DNA from: an uncultured Chthonomonadaceae bacterium
GTDB taxonomy: Bacteria > Armatimonadota > Chthonomonadetes > Chthonomonadales > Chthonomonadaceae
DNA: 64,000 nt
Assembly (NCBI GenBank): GCA_963835065.1
Contig: CAWIEK010000053.1
Span: 224,001 to 288,000 of the forward strand
Direction: 5' to 3'
In this document: positions 1-11,036 of the stretch, piece by piece
Numbering within the stretch: position 1 is the first letter of the stretch
Layout of the letters: each line of letters begins with the position of its first letter
Program-made: the position numbers and the translations under genes
Notes under the pieces: model-generated
What the model was told of the DNA's origin: nothing
Seen by the model: the letters and a program-made list of their open reading frames with translations, nothing else
Databases searched by the model: none

Positions 1-99
1 ATTCTGTTGGCTCCGGCTCATTGCGTGTATACTGAAGTCGTTGATAGGTGATAGTGAGGCAGGAACTATCAACTACTTAAAGGCAGGAGGGTTGAGAGG

Positions 100-375
100 A
101 TGCAATCCGCACTGAAACTGACAGCAACGGTTCTTCCCGGTAAGCGCGTGGAGTTCACCGCGCCTGAATTGACGGAAGGAGAATGTGTCGAAGTAATCGT
201 TCTTAAAGATGTACCTGTTGAAGACGCGCCTGTTGGCGTTACTCCACAACCGGCTCATCAATTTGCGTCGGCATGGGATTTTATTCAATCGCTGCCCCCT
301 TCAAATCTAACGGCGGAAGATTGGGAGCGCATGGAGCGCGAGTTTCAGGAGGAGCGTAATTCGTGGGGAGACTGA
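100..375 (+). CDS. Putative antitoxin (VapB-like)
   Basis: 91 aa, GGAGG RBS-like sequence upstream, acidic C-terminus ending EERNSWGD, overlaps the downstream PIN gene. Confidence 0.7.
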   Translation: MQSALKLTATVLPGKRVEFTAPELTEGECVEVIVLKDVPVEDAPVGVTPQPAHQFASAWDFIQSLPPSNLTAEDWERMEREFQEERNSWGD

Positions 376-803
376 TCTTACCAGCATCAGGATTCATTTA
401 CGTTGATGCGCAAATTCCTATCTATAGCGTAGATAGCCACCCCCAATATGGCGCTGTTTGCGCTCCGTTGTGGCAGGTGGTGAGCGCAACGATAGTTTCC
501 AGTGAGTTGACTCTGATGGAAACGCTTGTTGGGCCGCTGCGGAGTGGAGACACCGTTAAGCAAAACCAGCGTGAAGCCCTCTGGCAACAGATCAACACTC
601 GCCTTCTGCCGATCACTCAGGATGTTCTGCGGGAAGCGACGCGGCTTCGCGCGGTCATACCTGCGCTGAAAACGCCGGACGCTATCCACGCGGCAACCGC
701 CCTGCTGAACGGCTGCGTTCTGTTTGTTTCCAATGATACGGGTTTCCGCCGCATTCCCGGCCTGCCGCTTGTGCTGTTGGATGATGTGCTTGCCGCGCCA
801 TAA
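363..803 (+). CDS. vapC: PIN-domain toxin (VapC family)
   Basis: IYVDAQ N-terminal Asp, SELTLME, TPDAIHAATA and FVSND PIN motifs. Confidence 0.9.
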   Translation: MGRLILPASGFIYVDAQIPIYSVDSHPQYGAVCAPLWQVVSATIVSSELTLMETLVGPLRSGDTVKQNQREALWQQINTRLLPITQDVLREATRLRAVIPALKTPDAIHAATALLNGCVLFVSNDTGFRRIPGLPLVLLDDVLAAP

Positions 804-832
804 ACACTCTAGGCAAAAGTCAATCCTTTTGC

Positions 833-2092
833 CTATGGGATCACGGCTGCGGACACCATTTCAAGGACGCGGCGCAGGCCATCGTCGCCGCCCATGCTGC
901 CTTCGTTGAAGGGAGTGCGCGGAATGGGCTTCCAGTTGTCGCGGGACGTGTCCACCTGGAAGTTTTGCGGCAGGCCGGTCAGAGTAGGATCGTACTGGCC
1001 GTTGTTGCCGCCTAATTTGTAGATCACCAAATCAAGCGATGGCACGATGAAGATGCCGAAGCCGCCCGCGCCGGATTTGTAGTAAGCGTCGCGGGGCGCG
1101 CCCGCCACATGCCCGTCGGAATTGTTCTCGAACATCAGGCTGAAGGGCGTATGCGGGTTGTAGGGTAAGGGCTGGTTGCACTTGGCGACGTAATCGGCGG
1201 GCACAATCTGCTTGCCGTTCCATTGGCCTTTGTGCAGCAGGCAGTAGCCGAAGCGCAGGGCGTCCGTTGCGTGAACCGCGGTGCTGCCCGCGCCATTCGC
1301 GTGCGGCATGGTGTAATCGCCCCGGTGCAGGCAATAGTCCCACGCGCCCCACCCCATCGGCTTCGCCATTCGCTCGTTGATATAATCCCGCAACTCCATG
1401 CCGGTGACATGCCGCAGCACGATGGAAGCGATATGCGGCGCGGGCGAGGAGTAGGAATAGCCCCCACCCGGCGCTGTCCATAACGGAGTGCGCAGGGACG
1501 ATTGATCCAGATTGCGGATGTCCTGGCCGGGAACGGGCTGCAAAGGCACAACCTGCCCGTTGGTCACGCCCGGACTGCCGCCCTCGCCGTGATACCCCGC
1601 TGACATGCACAGCAGTTGCCCCAATGTAATGTCGGCTTTGCGCGCGTCATCCAGTGGAAACGCTTCGGGAAGATACTGCGGGGTAAACACCTTCTGGTCC
1701 AGGCCGTCCGGTATTTTGTCGTGGAACTCGTGGAGCATGATGCCGCAGGCGATACTCGTGTACGCTTTGCCCGTTGAGGCCATGTCCGGGTTGGCGTTGC
1801 GGTTGGCGCGTCCGTAGTATTTCTCATAAACCAGATAGCCGTGCCGAACCACAAGCAGGCCGCCGTTCTGGCTGCATCGCTGCGTAAAATCGTAGGCTTG
1901 TTCCAGCCGCGCCAAATCCATTCCCGCCAGTTTACGGATTGCCGCCGCATCCTTGAGCGTTCGCCACCCTCCGTTTGCATCCGATGGCGGGAAATAATCG
2001 GCAGGTTTCGCCTGTGCCAGAGAGGGTATAAGCAATAGAAGGAAAAACGCTGCCTGAAGCGCGAACCGGCTTAATTGTTGACCACTGTTCAT
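833..2092 (-). CDS. Secreted serine hydrolase, beta-lactamase class C-like
   Basis: Signal peptide, SxxK (ASTGK), YSYS, ITLGQLLCM, KSGAGG. Confidence 0.85.
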   Translation of the reverse strand: MNSGQQLSRFALQAAFFLLLLIPSLAQAKPADYFPPSDANGGWRTLKDAAAIRKLAGMDLARLEQAYDFTQRCSQNGGLLVVRHGYLVYEKYYGRANRNANPDMASTGKAYTSIACGIMLHEFHDKIPDGLDQKVFTPQYLPEAFPLDDARKADITLGQLLCMSAGYHGEGGSPGVTNGQVVPLQPVPGQDIRNLDQSSLRTPLWTAPGGGYSYSSPAPHIASIVLRHVTGMELRDYINERMAKPMGWGAWDYCLHRGDYTMPHANGAGSTAVHATDALRFGYCLLHKGQWNGKQIVPADYVAKCNQPLPYNPHTPFSLMFENNSDGHVAGAPRDAYYKSGAGGFGIFIVPSLDLVIYKLGGNNGQYDPTLTGLPQNFQVDTSRDNWKPIPRTPFNEGSMGGDDGLRRVLEMVSAAVIP

Positions 2093-2121
2093 TGTGTTCC
2101 TGTCCTATTATGATAACGGGT

Positions 2122-3513
2122 TTAATGTTGTCCCTTGAAGATCGTGGCGTAGATCAGATACAGGTTGAGGCCGGCGATGACAACGGCGATGCTCCAGCCA
2201 ATGGTCTTCGTCCACGCGCCGTTGACGAACGGCCCCATCTTGTCTTTGTTACTCGTGAATTGTACCAGAGGAATGACCGCGAACGATAGCTGCGCCGACA
2301 AAACGACCTGACTGAAGATGAGAAGCCGTTCCGTTCCCTGTTCGCCGTATAGGGCAATGGCGATGACAGCAGGCACGATTGCCAGTCCGCGCGAAATCAT
2401 GCGCCGCAGCCAGGGCTTGATGCGCAGATGCGTGAAGCCTTCCAGCACGACCTGCCCGGCCATGGTTCCCGTCAGCGTGGAGTTTTGCCCCGATGCGAGT
2501 AATGCAATCGCAAACAGGGGCGTTGCCAGGGACACGCCCACAATCGGCGTAATCAGCTTATACGCTTTCTGGATGCTGCCTACGTCGTGGTTGCCTGACC
2601 GGTAAAACGTGGCGGCGGCTAAAATCAAGATCGCGGCATTGACGAACAGGGCCAGCATCAGCGCAATCGTTGAGTCTGTATACGCCATTTTCAGCGCGTC
2701 GCGCAATTCGGGCAGAGTTTTGCCGTAACGCCGCGTCTGCACAATGGACGAATGGAGGTAGAGGTTGTGCGGCATCACGGTCGCGCCCAGAATGCCGAGC
2801 GCGATGTACAGCATGGCCGGATTGTGAACCACTTCCGCGCGGGGCGCGAAGCCGGACAGCACCGCCGCCCATTCGGGACGCGCATACGCCAATTCCAGCG
2901 CGAAAATCACAATCATCGTCGCAATCAGCGTAATCACGAGGCTTTCAATCCAGCGAAACCCCTTGTGCTGCAACGCCAGCACCAGCAGCACGTCCAGAGC
3001 CGTGATAATCACGCCCAGGATAAGCGGAATGTGAAACAGCAGGTTGAGCGCAATCGCCGCCCCAATCACTTCCGCAATGTCGCAGGCCACAATTGCGATT
3101 TCCGCCGACAGCCACAGCAGGATAGATACCCGCTTGCTGTAAGCGTCGCGGCATGCCTGCGCCAGATCGCGCCCCGCCACAATCCCAAGTTTCGCCGCCA
3201 ACGCCTGCAAAAAAATGGCGAGAAAATTGGAAATCAAAATTACGGACAGCAGGCGGTAGTTGTACTTCGCGCCGCCTTCAATGTCTGTCGCCCAGTTGCC
3301 GGGATCCATGTAGCCCACCGCCACCAGATACCCCGGCCCGATAAACGCCAGCAGGCGACGCCAAAAGGAAGCGCTCAAGGGCACGGCAATGGAACGATGC
3401 ACTTCGGGCAGGCTGGGCGCTCCGCCCTGTTCGCGCCATCCCGCCGTTTCGGACGTTTCTTCCGTCATGGGTTCGCTATCAATTGCAGCATCCATCACTC
3501 TATTCACTCTCAC
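2122..3513 (-). CDS. mntH: Nramp divalent metal (Mn2+) transporter
   Basis: GYMDPGNW and MPHNLYLHS signature motifs, many TM helices; start could be a few codons downstream. Confidence 0.97.
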   Translation of the reverse strand: MRVNRVMDAAIDSEPMTEETSETAGWREQGGAPSLPEVHRSIAVPLSASFWRRLLAFIGPGYLVAVGYMDPGNWATDIEGGAKYNYRLLSVILISNFLAIFLQALAAKLGIVAGRDLAQACRDAYSKRVSILLWLSAEIAIVACDIAEVIGAAIALNLLFHIPLILGVIITALDVLLVLALQHKGFRWIESLVITLIATMIVIFALELAYARPEWAAVLSGFAPRAEVVHNPAMLYIALGILGATVMPHNLYLHSSIVQTRRYGKTLPELRDALKMAYTDSTIALMLALFVNAAILILAAATFYRSGNHDVGSIQKAYKLITPIVGVSLATPLFAIALLASGQNSTLTGTMAGQVVLEGFTHLRIKPWLRRMISRGLAIVPAVIAIALYGEQGTERLLIFSQVVLSAQLSFAVIPLVQFTSNKDKMGPFVNGAWTKTIGWSIAVVIAGLNLYLIYATIFKGQH

Positions 3514-4181
3514 TCTCCACTACAACTCTCACTTGTTACAACAAAAATTCGCTCTGCCGCCTGCGGAGCTACTCGCGCGATTGCCCCGCCGACGCGCACA
3601 AGAAACGCGCCGCCAAAAGGTTCCTGCTCGATAAATTCGATGGCCGTACCCGGCAGCAATCCCAACTGCTTCAAATGCCGCAGCAGCGCGGCGTCCTCAT
3701 CGGCCACGCGGCGAATGGTCAGCGCGGCGGGGGTATGCTGCTGCGCGAGCGTGAGCGTGGACACCTGCGCGATCAGGCCGTCCCGCGTCGGTATCGGGTC
3801 GCCATGCGGGCAGGCGGTCGGGCGGCCAAGCAGGGCGTCAATACGCTCTTCAAATTCCTCGCTGATATGGTGTTCCAGCCGCTCGGCTTCTTCATGCACC
3901 GCGTCCCATTCATAGCCCAGCGCCTGCACAAGATACAATTCCAGCAGCCGATGATGCCGAATGATTTCCAGCGCCATTTTTTCGCCGGTGGGCGTCAAAT
4001 GAATTCCATGATAGGGAGCATGGTCTACAAGGCGCAATTCCGTCAGCCGCTTGAGCATCTTGCTGACGGCTGCCGCGCTCACCTGCATCCGCGCCGCCAC
4101 ATCCAGCGTACTCACCTCGGCGGAATCCTGCCCCGCTTTGTAAATCGCCTTGATGTAATCCTCAACAGAAGGAGAAGACAT
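3510..4181 (-). CDS. mntR: DtxR/MntR metal-dependent repressor with FeoA domain
   Basis: [34 protein letters not shown] at 4181 with GGAG RBS. Confidence 0.95.
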   Translation of the reverse strand: MSSPSVEDYIKAIYKAGQDSAEVSTLDVAARMQVSAAAVSKMLKRLTELRLVDHAPYHGIHLTPTGEKMALEIIRHHRLLELYLVQALGYEWDAVHEEAERLEHHISEEFEERIDALLGRPTACPHGDPIPTRDGLIAQVSTLTLAQQHTPAALTIRRVADEDAALLRHLKQLGLLPGTAIEFIEQEPFGGAFLVRVGGAIARVAPQAAERIFVVTSESCSGE

Positions 4182-4215
4182 GCCAGACTCCTGTAGATAA
4201 ACCCCACGCAAACCA

Positions 4216-4274
4216 AATTTGAAACCCAGGTTAAACTTCTTTGCTACTATACCTCAAATTTAGAGAAATTACAA
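4216..4274 (-). promoter_or_regulatory. Sigma70 promoter of mntR-mntH with candidate MntR operator
   Basis: TTGTAA(4274-4269)-17bp-TATAGT(4251-4246); imperfect palindrome TTTAACC-TG-GGTTTCA just downstream. Confidence 0.6.
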
Positions 4275-4282
4275 GACGCAAC

Positions 4283-4322
4283 AAGCGGGGGAGGATGCTG
4301 ACATAAGCATCCTCCCCCGCTT
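4283..4322. terminator. Perfect 17-bp inverted repeat downstream of the pilus cluster
   Basis: AAGCGGGGGAGGATGCT-6nt-AGCATCCTCCCCCGCTT. Confidence 0.75.
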
Positions 4323-4361
4323 CCATCCTCTGCTTTACAATTCTTCGTTCAGCCTACGCAA

Positions 4362-5243
4362 CTACGGCTGCGCTTTCGCGGATGGCTCCGCATTGCCTGA
4401 CGGGACGGGCGTGGAGGTCAACTCAACCGTATTTGTCGGCTTGCTGTCTTCGGCGGCAGCCACGCGGCGAACAGGGCCGAAGCCCATGCCCGGAGCCATG
4501 CTGTCGGGCGCGTTAAAGCCTTCGGTTCCCGGCTTGACGGGCATAGCCACGCTCAGGGACTTGCCAACCTGAATAAACCATGTTTGCTTGCCCCGCTTGA
4601 CGTAAACGCCGTCTTCGGTAATGCGCGTCAGCGACATATTGAAGGGCATTTGTTCGCCCGCGCTGAGAGGATAGGAGCGCTCGCCCACATGAATTACGGC
4701 AACCGCCTGCGGCCCGGCAATCACGCCCGCCAGAATCATCTGGTTGGCCTGCGCGTTCGGATCATTTTGCGGCGTCAGGCCGGCCGGAACAGAACCGCCC
4801 GCGCCCAGGCGGGGATTTCCCGCCCGGAATGTCGGCAGTACGCTCGGCCCGACAGCTACGCTTGTGAAGGGGCGCGGGGTAGAAGTGACCTTACGCGGCG
4901 GCGCGGTGGGGTGAAATATCGGGTTAGGGCCATCTTCTTCGGGCACTGCCGGCGTGAAGGGGTTTTTGGTCGTTATCGGCTCACTGACGCTGTCGTCGTA
5001 CATATCCAGTTTGCTGCCGCCCATGCCCTTCATCGGCATATTTCCCGGCACAAAGCCAGCGCCAAGCGTTCCCTGTGTCGCCGGCGTGATGGCAGCCCCA
5101 GGAGCGTTTGTGGCGGCTGCCGCCTCCGGTTTATTGCCGTTCAGCAACCGGGGCAGCGTTCGCCCGACGCCGAACAGCAGCACAACGCCGGTGGCAACCC
5201 CTAATCCGATAACCGTCGGGCGTTCTTCAGGTTTGATTTTCAT
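4362..5243 (-). CDS. PilP/GspC-like membrane-anchored pilus assembly protein
   Basis: N-terminal TM, NPF motif, LAGVIAG..AVI beta domain, coupled to the secretin gene. Confidence 0.6.
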   Translation of the reverse strand: MKIKPEERPTVIGLGVATGVVLLFGVGRTLPRLLNGNKPEAAAATNAPGAAITPATQGTLGAGFVPGNMPMKGMGGSKLDMYDDSVSEPITTKNPFTPAVPEEDGPNPIFHPTAPPRKVTSTPRPFTSVAVGPSVLPTFRAGNPRLGAGGSVPAGLTPQNDPNAQANQMILAGVIAGPQAVAVIHVGERSYPLSAGEQMPFNMSLTRITEDGVYVKRGKQTWFIQVGKSLSVAMPVKPGTEGFNAPDSMAPGMGFGPVRRVAAAEDSKPTNTVELTSTPVPSGNAEPSAKAQP

Positions 5244-7294
5244 GGTTTTTTGCCCTTGTTGATAAAGATGTCTTCAGGCAGGTGAGAGCCGCGCGGATTG
5301 GGAACGGTAACGCGGGTTTCCTCAACGGTTTTTGCGGCGGAATTGGCTCTTTCGGCTTCGGTCATGGTATTGGTCAGGTGCGGCGTGATAAAGACCATGA
5401 CTTCGCTGCGGACGCGGTTGTGCTGGCGATAACGGAACAGTTCGCCCACAAGCGGCAGTTTCGACAAAATGGGAACTTCCGAAACCGTGCGCGTCAAATC
5501 GTCGCGGATCAGCCCGCCGATAATAATAGTTTCGCCATCCTGCACCATGACGGTTGTTTCCGCTTCGCGGTTGCTGGTCTGCGGAATGTTGCCCGCCGAC
5601 AGCGAGGTAATGGTACTCACGACGGGATGGACGCGCATGGTGATGTGGCCGTCCGCATTGACGCGGGGGCGCACCAGCAGAATAATGCCGACCGGAAATT
5701 CCAGCACCTGAATCGTGGTTCCCGAAATCCCCGACTGCGAAATCTGAGTGCGGACCGTATCGCCGATGAAAATACTGGCGTCGTCATTGTCCGTCACTTG
5801 AACGCGCGGGTCGGCCAGCATTTTGCTGTTGGTGCGCGTTGTCAGCGCGCTGATCTGCGCGCCGAAGCCCGGTCCAAGCCGGCTGAATGTCGCGCTGTTG
5901 AAACTGGCGCTGTTGGTGGTCTGCACTCCGCCGGTTGTCGGATCAATCGTTGAACCGGACGGATAGTTGCCGACGGCAATAGGAGCATACTGATACTGTA
6001 CGCCCAGCGCCTGTATAAATTGGGGGGACACGTCCACGACTTTGACTTCCACCATGACCTGACGGGGCGCTACGTCCACTTGTTCCAGCAGGGTCAATAC
6101 CTGCGTGATGTCGCCCAATGTGCCGTTCAGCACCAGCGTTTTGGCGCGGTCGTTTACCGCGCCACGTCCGTTGGAACTGGAAGCGTTGCCGGTGACAACT
6201 CCCCCGCCGTTCGCGTTGCCGACAGCGGCTTCCGCGATGTTACTGCCGCCATTCACATCGCCAATCCCGCCGCCCGTCGTGCTGCCTCCCGTCGTTGATG
6301 AAGTGCCGGAGCCGCCCACGCTGCTGGAAGCGGTTCCCAGCGCGCCGCCCGTGATCGGGTTGAAACTGGGGCGCGGCGGCGAGTAGCTTTCCGGGCCGGT
6401 CAGTACGGTGACGTTGGGCGCGGCGCTTTGCAGGAAAGATCGCAGTACGCGCGAACTGCTGTACTTGATATTGTAAATGCGGAACACGCGATCCGGTTCT
6501 TTGGCAATCGCGCTGTTGTCTATGGTCGCCAGGGATTGCCGGGCGCGCTCGATCATCGAACGCGGGCCGGCCAGTCCAATCGAGCCGCCGGGCTTGGTCG
6601 GGTCGCCAATCGCCTGTATTTTCAGTTCGGGGTACAGGCTTTTCAGCACATTGACGGCCTGCGTGGAATTGACGTTTTGCACCGCGATCACTTCGGTCAT
6701 AGCCGGGTCGGGAGTGCGCAAGCCATCCTGTTCGCGCAGCAGCGCCTGCGCCTGCTGCAAATCCGCAGCCGCTCCAATCAGCAGCAGTTGCGAACCGGCG
6801 GGCCGCGCGGTAACATACGGGAAAGCCTCTTCCACCACTTTAATCGCGTCCGCGGAATTCAGCGACATCAGGGGAACCCGCGCCTGCTCACCCAACGGCT
6901 CAATAGCCTGCCGCAGCGCGGCCGCCGGGGCCACCACATACGAGTTGCCGACCTGCCGAAACGCCAACCCTGACGCAGCCGTGATGTAACGCAGCGCTTC
7001 TTCGGTCGTGGACGCATTGACGTTGATGGAGATAAGTTTTTTGCCCGCTCCCGCATAAACGATGTTGTCTCGCGTGCGGACTCCCAGCGCTTGCAGCACT
7101 TCGGAGACATCGGTGTCAACAAAGCGAATGCGAATGTCGCCCCGGCGTGGATTGTTGATTTGCAGGCTGCTCTTAAGCCCCGATGTTTGGCTGTTGACGA
7201 ACGCCGGCATTTGCGCGGAAACGCCGACGGCCAGTGGCAGAAGCAGGTGGCGCGCTCTCAGGGACGCTCTAGGTTTACAGGTTCGGGTGTGCAT
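5240..7294 (-). CDS. Secretin (PilQ/GspD family)
   Basis: QVMVEVKVVDV, ETTVMVQDGETIIIGGLI, VPILSKLPLVGELF, VFITPH. Confidence 0.95.
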   Translation of the reverse strand: MHTRTCKPRASLRARHLLLPLAVGVSAQMPAFVNSQTSGLKSSLQINNPRRGDIRIRFVDTDVSEVLQALGVRTRDNIVYAGAGKKLISINVNASTTEEALRYITAASGLAFRQVGNSYVVAPAAALRQAIEPLGEQARVPLMSLNSADAIKVVEEAFPYVTARPAGSQLLLIGAAADLQQAQALLREQDGLRTPDPAMTEVIAVQNVNSTQAVNVLKSLYPELKIQAIGDPTKPGGSIGLAGPRSMIERARQSLATIDNSAIAKEPDRVFRIYNIKYSSSRVLRSFLQSAAPNVTVLTGPESYSPPRPSFNPITGGALGTASSSVGGSGTSSTTGGSTTGGGIGDVNGGSNIAEAAVGNANGGGVVTGNASSSNGRGAVNDRAKTLVLNGTLGDITQVLTLLEQVDVAPRQVMVEVKVVDVSPQFIQALGVQYQYAPIAVGNYPSGSTIDPTTGGVQTTNSASFNSATFSRLGPGFGAQISALTTRTNSKMLADPRVQVTDNDDASIFIGDTVRTQISQSGISGTTIQVLEFPVGIILLVRPRVNADGHITMRVHPVVSTITSLSAGNIPQTSNREAETTVMVQDGETIIIGGLIRDDLTRTVSEVPILSKLPLVGELFRYRQHNRVRSEVMVFITPHLTNTMTEAERANSAAKTVEETRVTVPNPRGSHLPEDIFINKGKKP

Positions 7295-7434
7295 GTCAAT
7301 CAGAATTCCCCTTTACGCGCCGAACTTCACGCGAATCATGGATTGGATAAATAACTTGAAGGCCGCAAGGCTGTTTCCAGGCGGCGGGACGCTGAAAGTT
7401 CGTAAGTTCCTGTCCCTCTCTCAACTATCAACTA

Positions 7435-8049
7435 TCAACTGTTACCGGCAGGCGCGGCATCCCCCGTCGGCTTGGTGGGAGGAGGGATAGGAACGGCCAC
7501 ATAGCGCAGCAGGGTAAATCCCAGATGCGTGAGCGGCCATTTCTCGTTGGTCGTTCCCCGGTTCCATTTCAAATCTACGGTGTTGTACAGGCGGGGCGCA
7601 TGCAGCAATTGATACATGAATTGCCGGATGGAATTGTAATCTCCCGCCACTTCCACCTCGCTGTTGAGCGCCATGACGCCCGGCGGCAGCGTGGGTTTTT
7701 TCGCTTCGGCGCTGTCCGGGGGAGGCGGCGGAATATAGCGATTGTTGTACCGCACCAGCCGCACTCGGCTTTTCTCGGCAAAACCGCGTATCATGTTCAG
7801 GAATTGCGATTGTTCATCGTAAGTGGGAGGAACAACCGCCACTTTACTCAGGGTTGGTTTGGCTTTTATTTCCAGAGAAAGGCGGTTCAGAACCGCCAGT
7901 TGCTGCTCAGTTTTCTCCTTCTGCTCCTTGAGTGAATTCAGTTTATTCCACTGGAGGAAGACCAGAAAGATGGCCGCCATGACGCCGATGATGGGCAGCA
8001 GGACCGTTGCCAGCTTGAGCCAGGAAAAAGTGGAAGGGGATTTGTTCAT
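7435..8049 (-). CDS. pilO: PilO-like protein
   Basis: Single TM, coiled coil, EVAGDYNSIRQFMYQL motif, follows pilM-N. Confidence 0.75.
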   Translation of the reverse strand: MNKSPSTFSWLKLATVLLPIIGVMAAIFLVFLQWNKLNSLKEQKEKTEQQLAVLNRLSLEIKAKPTLSKVAVVPPTYDEQSQFLNMIRGFAEKSRVRLVRYNNRYIPPPPPDSAEAKKPTLPPGVMALNSEVEVAGDYNSIRQFMYQLLHAPRLYNTVDLKWNRGTTNEKWPLTHLGFTLLRYVAVPIPPPTKPTGDAAPAGNS

Positions 8050-9734
8050 GGTGTGCCTCCGGTAGTTGTCGCGGGCGGGGGCTGACCGTACAATTGGCTG
8101 ACGATTTTGAACTCGATGTGCGCGGGAGTTTCCGGCCGGGCCTGTTTGCGCTCCTGCGATTGCAGGGTGGGAAGAAGAAACCAGTTGACGCCGCGCAGCC
8201 CATCCAGCGTTTGCACAATGGCCTCGTCATCGGCGGCATTGCCCGTTATGGTCAGGATGCCGCCGCTATTCAAGGCTACCTCGGTCAAGCCCGTATGCGG
8301 CGAAATCACGCTGGAGACAGCATCCATCAGGCGCGGAAAGGGATAGCCCTTTTTTTGCAGCGCAATCAGTGAAGTCTGCTGTCGCTGCCAATCGTCCAGG
8401 ATAAGCTGCTGCTGACGCTGCTTTGTGTCGTACTCAGCCTGCACCGTGTCCAGTTCGCGCTTTACCGCATTCGCGCGCAGGGACACCATACCGGAAACGA
8501 TCACTCCCAACAGCACGATGGCCGCCGCAGCCGCAAGCGACATGGTCAGCGCGCGCTTCGCGGCGTCCGCAAGCGCGCTTTTGCGATGCTCATTAGTCAA
8601 ATTGAAGCGCGGCACACCGGCAGGCGGTTCCGGCAGCGCGCCGAGCGCCAGGCCAACAACCGGCATCAAGGCCAATTCGGGCTGATCCACATCCCGCGCG
8701 CTGCCCATAGAGGGGGCTTGCAGCACGTTCACGCCGTTCAATCCGCGCGCCATTGCCGGTCTTGCCAGCGTCACGGGGCGTCCCAACTCCTCCTGCAGCC
8801 ACGTCAGCATGGCCTCCACAGCCGGCACATCGGAAACCACCACGATTGCGCCTTCGCCACTGCCCGGATTTTCGCGCCGGTAATACTCAATGGAGCGCCG
8901 CATTTCCAGGGCGAGCGTCCGCGCCGCGCTCATATTCATAGAAACGTTCGGCAGGCCGGAATTCATTCCCGGCATACTCAAATTGGGGTCTTCTTCCTCG
9001 CCCAAAATGGAAGCGCGGGCGCGCGGCGGGTTCGCGGAATTTTGCGCCGAACCGGGGAACAATGAGGGAAAGAGGCTTTCACTGCCCACCTCAATGCGGC
9101 GGTACAGGCGAATGGCCCCGGCTTCAATAAAAGCCACTTCCGACCGCAGATGATCCACGCTCAGGCAAAGCGCGCCTGCCTGCTCACTCGCCACCATCCA
9201 CCCGACCCGGTACATTGCCAGCAGCGTCGGCTCCAGCGAAACCATGTTCAAGCCGGCCAGTTCCGCCACGCGCTGATAAATGGCGACCACGCTTTTTTCC
9301 GCCGCCATCAGCAGCATCGGCAACTCGCCGCCGGGCTGCGCTTCGCCCGGCGCTGTCGTACTCAGGCGCGTGAAATCGAACGCGCTTTCGCCATGCCGCA
9401 TGATCTTGTAGTGTTCGAGTTCGCCTTCCAGCACCGTTTGCAGTTCGCTATCCGGCACGAACGGCACATTCATCACCTGCGTGACAACACTGCCGGAAGC
9501 CAGCCCGAACACCACGTCCCGCGACACTACCTTTGAACTTTCCACAAGCCGGCGCAGCGCAATCGCAACGGCTTCCGGCTCGGCGATTTTATCGCCGGCA
9601 AACGCGCCTTCCGGCATGGCGGCAATGCCCGCGTGAAGAACTTGCGCATTGGAAGCGCGCCCCTGAATTTCTACGATGCGTATCTGATGCGGCGCAAACT
9701 CCACGCCCAGCACAAGGTCTTTTCTGGTTCGCAT
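8046..9734 (-). CDS. pilM: PilM (actin-like) fused to a PilN-like TM/periplasmic domain
   Basis: LGVEFAPHQIRIVE start, VGLALG end of the PilM fold, then NL motif, TM, coiled coil, LTITGNA. Confidence 0.8.
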   Translation of the reverse strand: MRTRKDLVLGVEFAPHQIRIVEIQGRASNAQVLHAGIAAMPEGAFAGDKIAEPEAVAIALRRLVESSKVVSRDVVFGLASGSVVTQVMNVPFVPDSELQTVLEGELEHYKIMRHGESAFDFTRLSTTAPGEAQPGGELPMLLMAAEKSVVAIYQRVAELAGLNMVSLEPTLLAMYRVGWMVASEQAGALCLSVDHLRSEVAFIEAGAIRLYRRIEVGSESLFPSLFPGSAQNSANPPRARASILGEEEDPNLSMPGMNSGLPNVSMNMSAARTLALEMRRSIEYYRRENPGSGEGAIVVVSDVPAVEAMLTWLQEELGRPVTLARPAMARGLNGVNVLQAPSMGSARDVDQPELALMPVVGLALGALPEPPAGVPRFNLTNEHRKSALADAAKRALTMSLAAAAAIVLLGVIVSGMVSLRANAVKRELDTVQAEYDTKQRQQQLILDDWQRQQTSLIALQKKGYPFPRLMDAVSSVISPHTGLTEVALNSGGILTITGNAADDEAIVQTLDGLRGVNWFLLPTLQSQERKQARPETPAHIEFKIVSQLYGQPPPATTTGGTP

Positions 9735-9831
9735 TGCTGTTTGTTCTCACGAAGCCGTTATTGATAGTTGATAGTTGGCCGTTGCTAGGAAGACAGGAAC
9801 TACAAACTATCAACTATCAACTATCAACTAT

Positions 9832-10563
9832 TCAGGAAGTGGGCGGCGGCGGACTGTTGCGCAGGCGGACAAAACTTTGCAGGGTGCGCGTTTCTCCGTT
9901 CAAGCTGACCGTCGCCACAATGTTGACGGCTCCCACCAGCGGCAGTTCCGAAGCGGAGGGCGCATGGGGATCGGCTGTCGTCACCCACCCCGAAACGTCG
10001 GCATTATACGCGCCGCCCGCCGGGACATAGTAGGTGATTTGCAGCGACTGCATATCCGTCACCAAAGGTTCCGAGGAGCTGCCCCCGCTGCCGCCAGCGC
10101 CGGTGCCACTGCCCCCACCCGATGAAGCCGTGCCCGCGCTTGGCCCCGAGCCGCCGCTCGCTCCTGAACCGCTCCTTGATCGTCGCAGCACTTGCGCACT
10201 CGTATCCAGCCAGATGCGCGTGGTATCGCCTGAATCGTCGGTATAGCAGGTCACGTCGGAACCACTGGCGGCAACAAGCGCGGCGGCGCTGCTTCCCGAA
10301 CCGTTGGACTGGGCATTGCGCAGCGTATCCCCCAGAACGTCCAGGGGACGGCGGCTGGAAGTGTTGGCGTAGTTCTGGCCCTGAATGGTGAGTTGGGCGA
10401 TATAGCTGCTTTGCTGCAAAGATACCAGAACCGCTCCGGTCAACAGCGCAATCACGCAGCCGACCAGCAGATCAATCAGCATGCTGCCATGCGTTGCGGC
10501 GGCCAGTCCGGACAAGCGCATTGGCACAGCGGTACGCAAACGCACAGAATTAAAATGCGTCAT
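9832..10563 (-). CDS. Minor pilin, PilW-like
   Basis: G|SMLIDLLVG prepilin-like helix, C-terminal VRLRN motif, Gly/Ser insert. Confidence 0.7.
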   Translation of the reverse strand: MTHFNSVRLRTAVPMRLSGLAAATHGSMLIDLLVGCVIALLTGAVLVSLQQSSYIAQLTIQGQNYANTSSRRPLDVLGDTLRNAQSNGSGSSAAALVAASGSDVTCYTDDSGDTTRIWLDTSAQVLRRSRSGSGASGGSGPSAGTASSGGGSGTGAGGSGGSSSEPLVTDMQSLQITYYVPAGGAYNADVSGWVTTADPHAPSASELPLVGAVNIVATVSLNGETRTLQSFVRLRNSPPPPTS

Positions 10564-11036
10564 TATATCCCCCGTTTCACCAATTCAGCGCCCGTTGTAT
10601 ACAGCGTTTCCCCCGTATCAAGCAGGGTTACGGTGATTTTCACCGTGCGATACGAACTGTAAGAGGGATACCCGCCCTGGCTGCTCACGCTGGTGACAAC
10701 GCGCATCCGCGAATTCGCCCCCTGCGTCGCGCTTTCACTGCCGCCAAGATGGTCGTAGTACAGCGTGGTAGTGCCTTCCGCCGCGAAATCAAACCCCGAC
10801 AGTTTGACGCGCTCCATAGCGTGACGCCCGACCGTGTACGCGGCTCCTACATTGTCCGCCTTTGTGGTTATTCCGAAAGAGAAGTACCACAGGCTGATCA
10901 TCGCCATCACGCTCAGAGCCAGGATCAGCGAGGCTACCAGCGCTTCCACGAGGACAAAGCCGGGCATCATGCCCTTTCGCGCAGGACGCAGGCGGCGGCA
11001 AGCGATTTTGCGAGTTTGTTTCACGCTTTGCATCAT
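10563..11036 (-). CDS. Minor pilin, PilV-like
   Basis: G|FVLVEALVAS class III signal; ATGA overlap with the upstream gene. Confidence 0.75.
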   Translation of the reverse strand: MMQSVKQTRKIACRRLRPARKGMMPGFVLVEALVASLILALSVMAMISLWYFSFGITTKADNVGAAYTVGRHAMERVKLSGFDFAAEGTTTLYYDHLGGSESATQGANSRMRVVTSVSSQGGYPSYSSYRTVKITVTLLDTGETLYTTGAELVKRGI

